This document shows positions 20,120 to 31,849 of a DNA stretch of 64,000 nt, piece after piece (within the stretch, counting starts at the first letter, position 1; each line of letters begins with the position of its first letter). The notes beneath the pieces were generated by a model. It saw nothing but the letters and a program-made list of their open reading frames with translations. It was not told where the DNA came from and searched no databases. The DNA lies in NCBI GenBank assembly GCA_965197725.1, contig CBDANQ010000017.1, positions 14,220 through 78,219 on the forward strand, read 5' to 3'. This DNA is from Longimicrobiales bacterium. Its GTDB lineage: Bacteria > Gemmatimonadota > Gemmatimonadetes > Longimicrobiales > Gaopeijiaceae. Position numbers and translations under genes: made by a program.

Positions 20120-21423
20120 GTGCTCCTCCTCAGGCGAGCTGCGAAGGCCCCGTCGAAGCCCGTCTCGTGGGGGTTCACGACCAGCCTCCCCCGATCATCG
20201 AGGAAGTGGGCGTGCACGGCTTCTGTGGCCTCGACATGGAAGTCGCCGTTTTCGACCAGGAAGGCATCGATCTGCTCTTCATTCTCTTCCGGCTCGAGCG
20301 CACACGTCGAGTATACCAGGAGTCCGCCTGGCGAGACGATCCGGCCTGCCGCCCCCAGCAGCTCCGCCTGCAAAGCGGCGAGTTCCCGCACGGACGATGG
20401 CGTCAGGCGCCAACGGGCGTCGGGGTGCCTGGCGAAGGTCCCTGTCCCCGTGCACGGCACGTCGAGAAGCACCACGTCGGCACGCGTGATGGGCGGGTGC
20501 CGAGCATCCGCGACCACGCAACCCAGACGCTGTCCCGTCCTGTGCATGTTCTCCCGAATCATACGCATGCGTGATTCCGAGCGGTCGGCGGCCAGTGTGA
20601 AAGAGGCGCGCCCCGCGACTGCGAGCGCCTTGCCGCCGGGGGCAGCACAAAGATCTGCAACCTTCGTGCCCGCCCCCACATCGGCATACTTGCTGACCAG
20701 ACGCGCCGCAGGGTCTTGCACGATCGACCGGGGCAGCGCCCGGAGTGCGGCGAGGGGACTCGGTCCGGGTTCGAGCTCCACGCAGTCGGTCCCAAGACCC
20801 ACCTCCGTAGCCTCGATGCCCGCTTCGGCGAGTCGGGCCACGGCCTCCGGCGCCGGATGCTCCAGCGGCACCAGATAGAGCGCTCGCCGGGCGTTGTTGG
20901 CCGTGACGAGAGCCTCCACAACGGGAGCCGGCCAGCGGGCGAGCCAGCGGTCGACGAGCCAGCGGGGATGGGACCCCCATGTAGCGAGGTAGTCGGCGCG
21001 CGCCGTCCCTGGGTCAGGGAAAAGCTCGGCCCCGTCTCCGGCGTCGGCCACGCAGCGCAGCACGGCGTTGACCAGGCCGCCAGCCCCCTTCCCCGCGACT
21101 GCGCCCGCGTGATCCACCGACTCGGACACCGCGGCGTACGGCGGTACCGATCCCATGTAGAGGAGTTGATAGGCTCCTAGGCGCAGCACCTCAAGCACCC
21201 TCGGGTCGAGCGAGTCGACGCCGCGATGCACACAGCGAGACACCAACTGATCGATCCGGCCGCGCAGCCGCGTGACCCCGTACGAGAGTTCGTGTGCGAA
21301 CCCTCGGTCCTTCGGCTCGAGTTCGGAGACCGTCGCGGCGAGCGCGACGTCGAGCCGACGTCCGCGCTCGACCTGTTCTCTGATTCGGAACGCCGCGAGG
21401 CGCCCGGGACCAAGAGAGGTCAG
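20116..21423 (-). CDS. rsmB: 16S rRNA m5C967 methyltransferase; probable CTG start
   Basis: NusB-like N-terminus (FAHELSYGVTRLRGRID) continues in frame upstream of the ORF-track start; SHP.W, VQD, DLCAAPGGK, DVPCTGTG, YSTC, EENE. Confidence 0.9.
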   Translation of the reverse strand: MTSLGPGRLAAFRIREQVERGRRLDVALAATVSELEPKDRGFAHELSYGVTRLRGRIDQLVSRCVHRGVDSLDPRVLEVLRLGAYQLLYMGSVPPYAAVSESVDHAGAVAGKGAGGLVNAVLRCVADAGDGAELFPDPGTARADYLATWGSHPRWLVDRWLARWPAPVVEALVTANNARRALYLVPLEHPAPEAVARLAEAGIEATEVGLGTDCVELEPGPSPLAALRALPRSIVQDPAARLVSKYADVGAGTKVADLCAAPGGKALAVAGRASFTLAADRSESRMRMIRENMHRTGQRLGCVVADARHPPITRADVVLLDVPCTGTGTFARHPDARWRLTPSSVRELAALQAELLGAAGRIVSPGGLLVYSTCALEPEENEEQIDAFLVENGDFHVEATEAVHAHFLDDRGRLVVNPHETGFDGAFAARLRRST

Positions 21424-22208
21424 TCGAGCATCCCCCTCGTGGGCGACGACGGAACGGCGATCTCCCGGGATGGCATTCGCCCCGCCAGGAACGCCAGACG
21501 ACCCGCGGCAACAGCGTGCCGCATCGCGTGGGACATGCGCACCGGATCGTCCGCAGCCGCCAGCGCGGTGTTCATGAGCACACCGTCAACGCCCTGCTCC
21601 ATCGTCACGCATGCGTCGGACGCGGTTCCGACGCCCGCATCGACGATCACGGGCGCCTCGAGCCGCCGCTTGATCTCGCGAATGAAATACGGGTTCACAA
21701 CGCCGAGCCCACTTCCAATCGGGCTGGCAAGCGGCATGACCGCGACGCAGCCGGCGTCCTCGAGGCGGAGCGCGGTGATGAGGTCATCATTCGTATACGC
21801 CATCACCTTGAACCCCTCTTCAGCGAGGGTCTTTGCGGCTTCGAGCGTCGCCTGCACATCGGGCAGCAACGTCGTCTCGTCGCCGATCACTTCGAGCTTT
21901 ACGAACTCGTTGAAGCCCGCTGCTCGGGCCAGACGAGCGTACCGAATGGCGTCTTCGGCCGTATAACATCCAGCTGTATTGGCGAGCAGGAAGAACTCAT
22001 CGGGGCTTAGGTGGTGGAGAATCGCCTCTTCCTTCGTGCGGTCGAGGTCGACCCGGCGCACGGCGACCGTCACCATCTCGGCGCCGCTCGCCCTGATGGC
22101 CTCCACCATGACATCGTTGCTCTCATACTTGCCGGTGCCGACGATCAGCCGGGACGTGAACTCCAGGCCACCGATGTCGAGGGGGCCGTCCAGGGCTCGC
22201 GTGGCCAT
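21420..22208 (-). CDS. thiG: Thiazole synthase
   Basis: SRLIVGTGKY, NTAGC, KLEVIGD, MPLASPIGSG, DAGVG. Confidence 0.97.
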   Translation of the reverse strand: MATRALDGPLDIGGLEFTSRLIVGTGKYESNDVMVEAIRASGAEMVTVAVRRVDLDRTKEEAILHHLSPDEFFLLANTAGCYTAEDAIRYARLARAAGFNEFVKLEVIGDETTLLPDVQATLEAAKTLAEEGFKVMAYTNDDLITALRLEDAGCVAVMPLASPIGSGLGVVNPYFIREIKRRLEAPVIVDAGVGTASDACVTMEQGVDGVLMNTALAAADDPVRMSHAMRHAVAAGRLAFLAGRMPSREIAVPSSPTRGMLD

Positions 22209-22214
22209 GTTGGC

Positions 22215-22433
22215 CTAGCCCCCGCCCACGAAGTGCACGAGCTCGATCGTGTCACCTTCGCGGACCTGGTGTTCGTCGTACGCGTCGCGGCCCAGAATCT
22301 CCTTGTTGAGCTCCACGACAACCATTCCGGGGTGCAGCTCGAGCGACTCGATTAGCGTGTGGACCGTTTGCCCTGGCTCGATGTCGTGATCCTTGCCGTT
22401 CAATCGCACCTGAATCGTGTGGGTCGCGCTCAC
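22215..22433 (-). CDS. thiS: Sulfur carrier protein
   Basis: 72 aa ubiquitin-like protein ending FVGGG; adjacent to thiG. Confidence 0.93.
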   Translation of the reverse strand: MSATHTIQVRLNGKDHDIEPGQTVHTLIESLELHPGMVVVELNKEILGRDAYDEHQVREGDTIELVHFVGGG

Positions 22434-23062
22434 GTCAAATCTCCTAGAACGGAAAGATACTCGCCCACCGCCCGGGCAGGATCGTCCGCGCCCCAGATAC
22501 CGCGGATCACCGCCACTCCGTGCCCCCCCGCGTGCAGCACTGTCGAAACGCGGTCAGGGGTCACACCTCCAATGCCCAAGAGCGACAGCCCCTTGGCGAC
22601 CTCTGCCACCTCGGTGAGCGAAGCGGGGCCACCCCCTGCGTACCCCTGATGGGTCGGCGTCGGATAGAGTGTACCCACGAAGGCGTAATCCGCACCGTCT
22701 TGGCTGGCCTCGATAGCTTCTCGTGCGTCGTGCACGGAGATCCCGACGGGGACGGCCGAACCGACGAGCGCCCGAGTTTGGGCCACGGAGAGTGACCGAC
22801 GGCCGAGATGCACACCAGCCGCCCCGGTTGTGAGCGCGACGTCGACACGGTCGTTGACGAAGACGCGGGCGCCTGACTCGTCGAGCGTGACCAGCTCACG
22901 AACCAATTCGTGGAGCCTTCGCCCATCTGTCCTCGGACCACGCACGTGAAGAGCCAACGCGTCGCCACCTGCCTCCAGCAGAGCCCACGCGACATCCAGG
23001 AAGTCGGTTCTGGTCAGCACCAGGTCGTCCGTGACGACGTGGAGCCGTGGCACGCCAATCAC
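22430..23062 (-). CDS. thiE: Thiamine phosphate synthase
   Basis: VNDRVDVA, GVHLG, GISVH, TPTH, IGG, AVIR. Confidence 0.85.
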   Translation of the reverse strand: MIGVPRLHVVTDDLVLTRTDFLDVAWALLEAGGDALALHVRGPRTDGRRLHELVRELVTLDESGARVFVNDRVDVALTTGAAGVHLGRRSLSVAQTRALVGSAVPVGISVHDAREAIEASQDGADYAFVGTLYPTPTHQGYAGGGPASLTEVAEVAKGLSLLGIGGVTPDRVSTVLHAGGHGVAVIRGIWGADDPARAVGEYLSVLGDLT

Positions 23063-24027
23063 TCGAAGCGCTGTCCCTGTTCGACCCCACGCCCGTTGAT
23101 CCAGTCACGCGCCTGCATCCGCCGTTTCCCTGGAGGTTGAACCTCGGTTATCAGAACACCTCCGTCCGGCGTCGCGACCAGGACACCCTGGGCCGGATCA
23201 ACGGCGAGCACCGTGCCCGGCTCGAGCGGCGGCGCTACGACGCGATGCGGAACCGTGCGCGGCCGGAAGAGCTTCACGTTGCGGCCCCCCAGCATTGACC
23301 ACGCTCCGGGCACCGCGTCCATCGCGCGGACGTGCCGCACAACGTCCGTAGCGGGCCGATTCCAATCGACGCGTGCGACGTTCCTGTCGATCTTGGGCGC
23401 GAACGTGGCCGCCTCATCGTTCTGCTCGACCTCTTGTGCACCGCCCGCGCTCAGCAGCGTGAGCGCCTCGAGCAGAGCCTTCGCACCTGACTCTGAGAGT
23501 CGTACAGAAAGCTCCGAAGCGGTCTCATCCTCAAGGATTGGTTCCTTGACCTGATGGATGATCGCGCCCGCGTCCATCGCGGCGACCATGCGCATGATCG
23601 TCACGCCGGTCTCTCGGTATCCCCTCGCGATCGCCCAATTGATGGGCGCCGCACCGCGCAGTGCCGGTAGCAGAGACGCGTGCACGTTGATCGAGCCCAG
23701 TGGCGGGAGGTCGAGCACCTCGGGTCTGAGGATGTGGCCGTACGCCACCACGACGGACATGTCCGGAGCAAGCGCGCCAATGGATTTCAAGAACTCCTCG
23801 CCTCGCGGTCGTTCAGGTGTGAGGACTTGGAGACCGTGCTCGAACGCGACCTGTTTCAGCGCCGAAGGCTGAAGCCTGCGCCCCCGGCCCGCCGGGCGAT
23901 CCGGCTGAGTCACGACGCCGACCACCTCAAGCCCCTCGTTGTGCAAGGCGCGCAGAGACGGCACCGCGAACGCTGATGTGCCCCAGAAGAGAATGCGCAT
24001 GGACGGCTGGCTCGTCCGGTATCTCAC
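23059..24027 (-). CDS. fmt: Methionyl-tRNA formyltransferase (alternative start 24000)
   Basis: VVTQPDRP.GRG, VVAYG, NVHASLLP..RGAAPI, MDAG. Confidence 0.96.
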   Translation of the reverse strand: MRYRTSQPSMRILFWGTSAFAVPSLRALHNEGLEVVGVVTQPDRPAGRGRRLQPSALKQVAFEHGLQVLTPERPRGEEFLKSIGALAPDMSVVVAYGHILRPEVLDLPPLGSINVHASLLPALRGAAPINWAIARGYRETGVTIMRMVAAMDAGAIIHQVKEPILEDETASELSVRLSESGAKALLEALTLLSAGGAQEVEQNDEAATFAPKIDRNVARVDWNRPATDVVRHVRAMDAVPGAWSMLGGRNVKLFRPRTVPHRVVAPPLEPGTVLAVDPAQGVLVATPDGGVLITEVQPPGKRRMQARDWINGRGVEQGQRFE

Positions 24028-24539
24028 GACTCGGCCTCAGCCCGCAGCTTCTTCCACTTTTTCATGAGCATGCGCCGCTTGAGCGCGCTGACGCGGTCCA
24101 CGAAGAGGATGCCGTCGAGATGATCGATTTCGTGCTGCAACGCACGGGCGAGGAGGTCCTCGGCCTCGACCCTGATGGGTAGACCATCCGGGTCCACTCC
24201 CTCGACGTGAACGTCGGAGGCGCGCTCCACGACTTCCTCGAGGCCCGGGATGCTGAGACACCCCTCCGCTGACTTGTCCGTCTCCTCGCTGTGCCAAACG
24301 ACGCGCGGGTTGATCAGCGCCAGGCGCACGTCTGGCTCCTCGTCCCTGCGCAGGTCGATCACGATGACCCGCTTGGAGATCCCGATCTGAGGCGCCGCGA
24401 GCCCGACGCCCTCCGCGTGATACATGCTCTCGTACAGGTCCCGCACAAGAGTCAGGAGGTCGCGATCGAAGTCCGTGACCTCCAGGGCCTCCTCCCGGAG
24501 TACGGGGTCGCCCATCAACACGATCTCACGTACCGCCAT
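24024..24539 (-). CDS. def: Peptide deformylase
   Basis: GVGLAAPQ, EGCLS, QHEIDHLDG. Confidence 0.97.
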   Translation of the reverse strand: MAVREIVLMGDPVLREEALEVTDFDRDLLTLVRDLYESMYHAEGVGLAAPQIGISKRVIVIDLRRDEEPDVRLALINPRVVWHSEETDKSAEGCLSIPGLEEVVERASDVHVEGVDPDGLPIRVEAEDLLARALQHEIDHLDGILFVDRVSALKRRMLMKKWKKLRAEAES

Positions 24540-24558
24540 CGGTCCCGCTCTGCCCTCC

Positions 24559-26090
<1,532 letters not shown>

Positions 26091-26098
26091 TCACACGC

Positions 26099-27175
26099 TC
26101 ACCGCGGAATAGCGGGCCGACACACCACTGCCATGGCGTCGCCATATGAATAGAAACGATATGGACCAGCAATGGCCTCCTCGTACGCGGCCATCGTGCG
26201 CTCGTATCCGCCGAGCGCGGCAACCAGCATCAGCAACGTCGACCGCGGCAGATGAAAGTTCGTAAGCAGGCAGTCGACGACCTTGCACGCGTAGGGCGGG
26301 TGGATGAACAGGTCCGTAGACCCGCTACCAACTCTGACGACGCCGTCTGCCGAAGCGACCGACTCGAGGGTTCGCACTGCGGTCGTCCCGACTGCCCACA
26401 CCCTCCCGCCGGCCACCCGCACCGCGTTGATGCTCGCGGCGGCAGCGTCCGAGACCACATACCGCTCGTGGTGCATATCGTGCAGCGCTGGATCGTCCGC
26501 CTCGACGGGCCGAAACGTGCCGGCGCTGACGTGCAGCGTAATCGCCGCTCGGGAAACTCCCTTGGCCTCGAGTGCGCTCAATAGCTCGTCGGTGAAGTGG
26601 AGGCCCGCTGTAGGCGCGGCGACCGACCCCGCTTCGCGCGCGTACACGGTCTGGTAACGTTCGCGATCGAGCGGCTCATCCTCCCGGTCGATGTAGGGAG
26701 GCAGCGGCACATGTCCGTGTCGCTCCAACGCCGCCGCGACCGAGCTATCGGTGATGAGCCGCACGAGACGCCCACCGCCCGGAGCCGAATCCACGATCTC
26801 CACGGCCAATTCGTCCGCGATCACGACCGTACGCCCCGGCTTGAGCTTGCCTCCGGGACGCACCAGAGCCTCCCACAGGTAGGGGTCGTCCTCTTCCGGT
26901 GCAGGCCGCATGAGAAGGACCTCAGCCGGCGCGCCAGTGGGTTTCCGCCCCAAAAGCCGCGCCGGTAGCACCTTGCTCTCGTTCACGACCAGCACGTCGC
27001 CAGGCTCGAAGAGCTCCACCACGTCGTGGAAGCGGCGGTGCTCGGAAGGCGCGCCGCCCGGTGGAACGACGAGTAAACGGCTCTCGTCCCTTCGCGCGGC
27101 GGGATACCTCGCGATCCGGTCAGCGGGAAGCTCGTACTCGTAATCAGAGACGAGTGAGCCGTCACGGCGAAGCAA
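26099..27175 (-). CDS. queA: S-adenosylmethionine:tRNA ribosyltransferase-isomerase
   Basis: PLPPYI, YQTVYA, GSVAAPTAGLHF, VGTT, NFHLPRSTL, FYSYGDAM. Confidence 0.97.
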   Translation of the reverse strand: MLRRDGSLVSDYEYELPADRIARYPAARRDESRLLVVPPGGAPSEHRRFHDVVELFEPGDVLVVNESKVLPARLLGRKPTGAPAEVLLMRPAPEEDDPYLWEALVRPGGKLKPGRTVVIADELAVEIVDSAPGGGRLVRLITDSSVAAALERHGHVPLPPYIDREDEPLDRERYQTVYAREAGSVAAPTAGLHFTDELLSALEAKGVSRAAITLHVSAGTFRPVEADDPALHDMHHERYVVSDAAAASINAVRVAGGRVWAVGTTAVRTLESVASADGVVRVGSGSTDLFIHPPYACKVVDCLLTNFHLPRSTLLMLVAALGGYERTMAAYEEAIAGPYRFYSYGDAMAVVCRPAIPR

Positions 27176-27176
27176 A

Positions 27177-28220
27177 CTATTCTTCGACGAAGAGCGTGCC
27201 CTGCGGACTCTCCTGCCCGTCGGGAATGGTGTAGCCGAAGCGACGGAACGCGCGCGGCGTCGCGACCCTACCCTGAGGCGTGCGCATCAGGAAGCCCTCC
27301 ATGATCAGGAACGGCTCGTACACCTCCTCGAGCGTCGTCGCATCTTCCCCCATCGCGACCGCGAGCGAGGTCAAGCCGACCGGGCCCCCCTCGAATTTCT
27401 CGATGAGCGTCTTCAACACACGTGCATCCATCTCGTCGAGACCGTACTCGTCGACGTCGAGCATGCGCAGCGCGTCCTCCGCGACGCTCAGGTCGATGCG
27501 GCCATCCGCCCTGACCTGCGCGAAATCCCGGACACGGCGGAGCAGGCGGTTGGCCACGCGGGGGGTACCGCGTGCGCGTTTCGCGAGCTCGGCGGCCCCG
27601 TCGTCGGACACCTCGATGCCGAGGATTTTCGCGCTGCGCAGCACGATCGTGGTGAGCTCGTCGGGCGGGTAGTAATTGAGGCGCTGCACGATGCCGAAGC
27701 GGGCCCGCATCGGCGCGGTGAGCCGGCCGAACCGGGTCGTCGCGCCCACCAGAGTGAACTTCTCGATCTTCATCTTCATCGTCTGGGCCTTGGGACCGTC
27801 GGACAGCCGGATGTCGACGTGCCAATCCTCCATCGCCGGGTAGAGGAACTCCTCGATGATAGGACGAAGGCGGTGGATCTCGTCGATGAAGAGAATGTCC
27901 CCCGCACGCTGATTGGTGAGGATGCCTACCAGGTCGGACGGCTTCTCGAGCACCGGGCCGGACGTGGTCTTGATGTTCACCCCCATCTCGCGCGCGATCA
28001 GCGCCGCCAGCGTGGTCTTGCCGAGCCCGGGTGGGCCGTGAAAGAGAAGATGATCGAGCTCTTCTCGACGCTGCTTCGCGGCTTCGATCGTGATCGAAAG
28101 CGCCTCGCGCACCTTGGCCTGCCCGATGAACTCTGCGAGGCGGTGCGGGCGAATCGTCGGCTCTGTGTGCGCGTCGTCCGCAAGCGTCTCAGGCGTGGTG
28201 ATGTGGGTGTGCTCGGTCAT
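27177..28220 (-). CDS. ruvB: Holliday junction branch migration ATPase
   Basis: [35 protein letters not shown]. Confidence 0.97.
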   Translation of the reverse strand: MTEHTHITTPETLADDAHTEPTIRPHRLAEFIGQAKVREALSITIEAAKQRREELDHLLFHGPPGLGKTTLAALIAREMGVNIKTTSGPVLEKPSDLVGILTNQRAGDILFIDEIHRLRPIIEEFLYPAMEDWHVDIRLSDGPKAQTMKMKIEKFTLVGATTRFGRLTAPMRARFGIVQRLNYYPPDELTTIVLRSAKILGIEVSDDGAAELAKRARGTPRVANRLLRRVRDFAQVRADGRIDLSVAEDALRMLDVDEYGLDEMDARVLKTLIEKFEGGPVGLTSLAVAMGEDATTLEEVYEPFLIMEGFLMRTPQGRVATPRAFRRFGYTIPDGQESPQGTLFVEE

Positions 28221-28241
28221 GGCAGGGAATGTAAGTCCGCG

Positions 28242-28826
28242 TCAGCCGCTCGCGAGTGCCTGTCGGATCAAGTCCTCGGTCGAGTCGGGGGCGCCTCTTT
28301 CGAGCACGCTGCGCACCGCTTGATCCGCATCGGTAAAGGAGTAGCCGAGCGCCACGAGCGCATGCACCGCCTCCTGCGCTCCACCGTTCTGCCCGGCCGT
28401 ACTCGGGGTCGGGATCGCGAGATCGGTGACCCTGTCAGCGAGCTCCAGCGCGATCTTCTCGGCCTTCTTCTTGCCGATGCCGCTGATCTGCTGAAGCGCA
28501 GCCGTATCCTTCTCGACGAGTGCGCGGGCCAGCCGCTGGGCCGAGTACGTCGACATCATCGCGAGTGCGAGCTTGGCTCCAACTCCGGACGCGGTGAGCA
28601 AGCGCCGGAACAGCGTGCGCTCGTGCGCCTCAATGAAGCCGTAGAGCGCGACCGAGGTGTCGGTCACGACCTGAAGTGTTCTCAACTCCAGCGCGGTACC
28701 CGGCCCGGGGAGCCGCTGGAGCACGGTGAGCGGCACCTCGACCTCGTAGACCACGCCACCCCGGGTCTCGAGCTCGATCCGGTCGGTGTCACGGGTGAGC
28801 AGAATCCCGTGCAGGCGCGAGATCAT
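28242..28826 (-). CDS. ruvA: Holliday junction DNA-binding subunit
   Basis: LYGF...ERTLF, HhH motifs SGVGAK and SGIGKKKAE, ALVALGY. Confidence 0.95.
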   Translation of the reverse strand: MISRLHGILLTRDTDRIELETRGGVVYEVEVPLTVLQRLPGPGTALELRTLQVVTDTSVALYGFIEAHERTLFRRLLTASGVGAKLALAMMSTYSAQRLARALVEKDTAALQQISGIGKKKAEKIALELADRVTDLAIPTPSTAGQNGGAQEAVHALVALGYSFTDADQAVRSVLERGAPDSTEDLIRQALASG

Positions 28827-29332
28827 GCGGGGAAGCTCCCCATCAGAGCGTGGCACAGCGCGGCCGCGATCCCATCCGCCGCGTCAGCCGGAGTCGGCGC
28901 GTCTTTCAATCGGAGCCGCTGCTTCACCATGAATCCGACCTGGTCTTTGGTAGCGTTGCCGGAACCGACCACTACCTTCTTGATCTGCCGAGGAGCGTAC
29001 TCGGCAATCGGGATTTGACGCAGGGCCACGGCGAGCAGGATCGCCCCGCGGGCGTGCCCGAGCTTGAGCGCGCTCTGCGCATTCTTGCCGTGGAAGACGT
29101 CCTCGACCGACACCGCGAAGGGTTCGTGTCGCTCGATGAGGCCGGCGACACCCTCGAAGATCTCACGAATTCGGTTCGCCAGGGTCTCTCTGGTGGAGGT
29201 CCGGATGACCCCGCACTCCACCAGCGAGACGGCGCCGCCACTTCGGCGAGCGACGACGCCGTACCCTGTGGCCGCCGTACCCGGGTCGATGCCGAGGATG
29301 ATGACTTCTTCCGAGCTTCGTCCGTCGGTCAC
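28823..29332 (-). CDS. ruvC: Crossover junction endodeoxyribonuclease
   Basis: ILGIDPG, VEDVF, LGHARG, GSGNATKDQV, DAADG. Confidence 0.96.
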   Translation of the reverse strand: MTDGRSSEEVIILGIDPGTAATGYGVVARRSGGAVSLVECGVIRTSTRETLANRIREIFEGVAGLIERHEPFAVSVEDVFHGKNAQSALKLGHARGAILLAVALRQIPIAEYAPRQIKKVVVGSGNATKDQVGFMVKQRLRLKDAPTPADAADGIAAALCHALMGSFPA

Positions 29333-29354
29333 GTGCGCGGGAGCTCAGCGCGCG

Positions 29355-30101
29355 TCACATCGCCTCGGCGAGAACCGCCTCGTCGATATCAGCGTTGGAA
29401 TGAACCTTTTGCACGTCGTCGAGATCGTCGAGCCAGTGGAGCAGCTTCAGCAGCTTCACGGCGTCCTTGCCGGTCACTGCCGTCTCGTTCTTCGCAATCC
29501 GCGTGAGCTCGGCCGAGGTGGTGTCGATCCCGGCCTCCTTGAGGCCGGCCTGAACGCTCATGAAGTCGGCGGGCTCAGCCGTGACGACGAACTCGTCGCC
29601 ATCGTCCGTGACATCCTCCGCGCCCGCGTCGATCGCCGCCTCGAAAACCGAGTCCTCGCTGAAGCGAGAGGCGTCGATGGTAAACACGCCCTTCCGGTCG
29701 AACTGCCAGGCGACCGAACCGTCGGTGCCGAGGCTACCGTCGAACTTCGTTAGCGCGTGGCGCACGTCCGCGACCGTGCGGTTGGTGTTGTCCGTGAGAC
29801 ACTCGATGAAGAGCGCCACACCGCTCGGGCCGTAACCCTCGTAGGTGGTCTCCTCGTAGTTCACGCCCTCGAGCTCGCCCGTGCCTTTCTTGATCGCCCG
29901 CTCGATGTTCTCGGCAGGCATCGAGTTGGCTTTCGCGGTGTCGACCGCGAGACGGAGGCGCGGGTTGTACTCGGGGTCGCCGCCGCCGTCGCGCGCCGAG
30001 ACAGTGATCTCTCGGATGAGCTTGGTGAAGAGGGCCCCGCGCTTTGCGTCGTTGACGCCCTTCTTGCGCTTGATCTTGGACCACTTGTTATGGCCGGACA
30101 C
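29355..30101 (-). CDS. yebC: YebC/PmpR family protein
   Basis: SGHNKWSKIK, NPRLRLA, YEGYGP, TDNTNRT, DDVQKV. Confidence 0.96.
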   Translation of the reverse strand: MSGHNKWSKIKRKKGVNDAKRGALFTKLIREITVSARDGGGDPEYNPRLRLAVDTAKANSMPAENIERAIKKGTGELEGVNYEETTYEGYGPSGVALFIECLTDNTNRTVADVRHALTKFDGSLGTDGSVAWQFDRKGVFTIDASRFSEDSVFEAAIDAGAEDVTDDGDEFVVTAEPADFMSVQAGLKEAGIDTTSAELTRIAKNETAVTGKDAVKLLKLLHWLDDLDDVQKVHSNADIDEAVLAEAM

Positions 30102-30240
30102 GAGTCCTCCGGATGTCCTGCTATCGATGCATCGGCTCGGGAGTCAAAAGTACGCCGTGGTGCGGTGGCGGATCAATCGTGCGGCGTACTGGTCGTTGCA
30201 CCGGGATACGGCGAAGGGGTGCTTCTGCTGAAAGTGAAAC

Positions 30241-31838
30241 CTAACGCCGAGATGTCACCGACAAGCGAGGAGGAACCCGTGCTTTCGTCGCTTGCTCCAG
30301 CACATACGCGTAGCCGAGCAGCTCGGCCTCGGTCCACAGATCCCCGATGAACGCGAGCACGAACGGCGTGCCGTCCTCGTGGTAGCTGTACGGCACAGTC
30401 ACGAGGGGTACGCCGAAGTCGTTGATGATGTTGCTCGGCAGCTCCGGCCAGTTGTTCGGCTTGTAATCCGGACGCTCCGGATCTTCGATCAGATCGCGGT
30501 TCGGCGCGCCTGCCTGGGGGAAGAAGAGCCCGTCCAGGTCGTGCTCTTCGAGCACGCCGCGATACAGCTCACGCATCCGCATGCGCCATGCCTGGAAGGC
30601 ATCCCCGGCTTCGGTCGCACTCGGCCTCGCAGGCGGCGCCGGGCCGCGCCCGCCTCGCCCACCTCGCCCACGTCCCTGCCGGAACTCCTGGCCGCTCAGA
30701 GCCTCCCATTCCTCGACGCTACTGAACGAAGCGTTCCGCCCGAGCCCCCGCATGTACATGAGCATGTCGTACGCGCCCTGCGAGGGGACCCGGGGGCGCT
30801 CGCGATACAACTCTATGAAGCCGCTCCCCTCGAACGGATCCTCCATGACCTCGGCACCAAGACCTTCTAGCGTTGCAACCGCTTCGCGGTACTCAGCCTC
30901 AGTGAGCGGATCGAGCGGGAGCCACTGGTTGCGCCAGCCAGGACCCACGAGCCCGAAGCGCTTCCCCTCGAGCGTCGCACGGTCGAGCGAGGCGAGGTAG
31001 CCACCCTCGGGCATGTGCCCCACCGCCGCGTACGTCGCTGGGTCCTCGGACGTGGGACCCGCGATCACATCGAGCGTCCTGGCGGCATCCCGCACCGTGC
31101 GAGCCAACGGGCCTACCACGTCGACGTACGTTCCGCTCACAGGCACGATGCCCTCAATGGGAGCGAGACCGTATGTGGGCTTCACTGCGACGAGCGCCTG
31201 AGCGGACGCTGGGTTTTGCAGCGAACCACCCGTCTCGGTCCCGAGCCCGAGCACCGCGAAGCTCGAGTTGATCGCGGTCGCGGTCCCCCCGCTCGACCCA
31301 CCCGGGACCTTGTCCACGTTGTACGGGTTCAGCGTCACCCCGGCGACAGTGCTTTCGGTACGCGTCCCGTGGCCGGCGAAGTCGGGCAGGTTCGTTTTTC
31401 CGAGGATGATCGCACCGGCCGCCTGGAGGCGGTCGACCACGGCCGCGTTGTCGTCGGGGATCATGTCGACGCCACCGGTCGCACTGCTGAAACCTTCGAA
31501 GCCCGCCGTGGTGACTCGTCCGGCCTGGTCGATGTTGTCCTTGATGACTACCGGCACGCCGTGCAGCGGGCCGACCGGCCCCGAAGAGGCGTATCGTTCG
31601 TCGAGCTCAGCGGCGGCGAGCAACGCGTCTGGGGGTTCATCGAGATGAACGCGTTGTAGGAGTCCTCGTACTGTTCGATGCGATCGAGGAACGCATGCGT
31701 GAGCTCCACAGCCGTGTATTCCCCGTCGGCGTATGCGGCGTGGATCTGGTCGACGGTGAGTTCCACGACATCGGTCGACTGAGCGGCGGCAAGCGCAGGG
31801 TACGCACACATCGCCCCCGCCAAGACCCACCAACGCAT
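30241..31838 (-). CDS. Secreted amidase-signature family enzyme; one frameshift near 31631-31635 (probable sequencing indel)
   Basis: N-terminus [23 protein letters not shown] in one frame joins [37 protein letters not shown] in another; the break sits in a G5 run. Confidence 0.82.
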
Positions 31839-31849
31839 CGCCCGCAAAC

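Noticed and set aside
21177..21413. Apparent frameshifted N-terminal fragment of rsmB
   Set aside because: The true N-terminus is in frame with the main ORF, so no frameshift is needed; a CTG start explains it
30641..30680. [11 protein letters not shown] repeat in the amidase as an RNA-binding RGG box
   Set aside because: The protein is secreted; most likely a short low-complexity loop from 9-nt repeat expansion
31625..31640. Programmed frameshift or phase variation in the amidase gene
   Set aside because: Only a G5 run, with no slippery heptamer; removing one base restores MNPDAL; matches the error pattern in mutS and ddl
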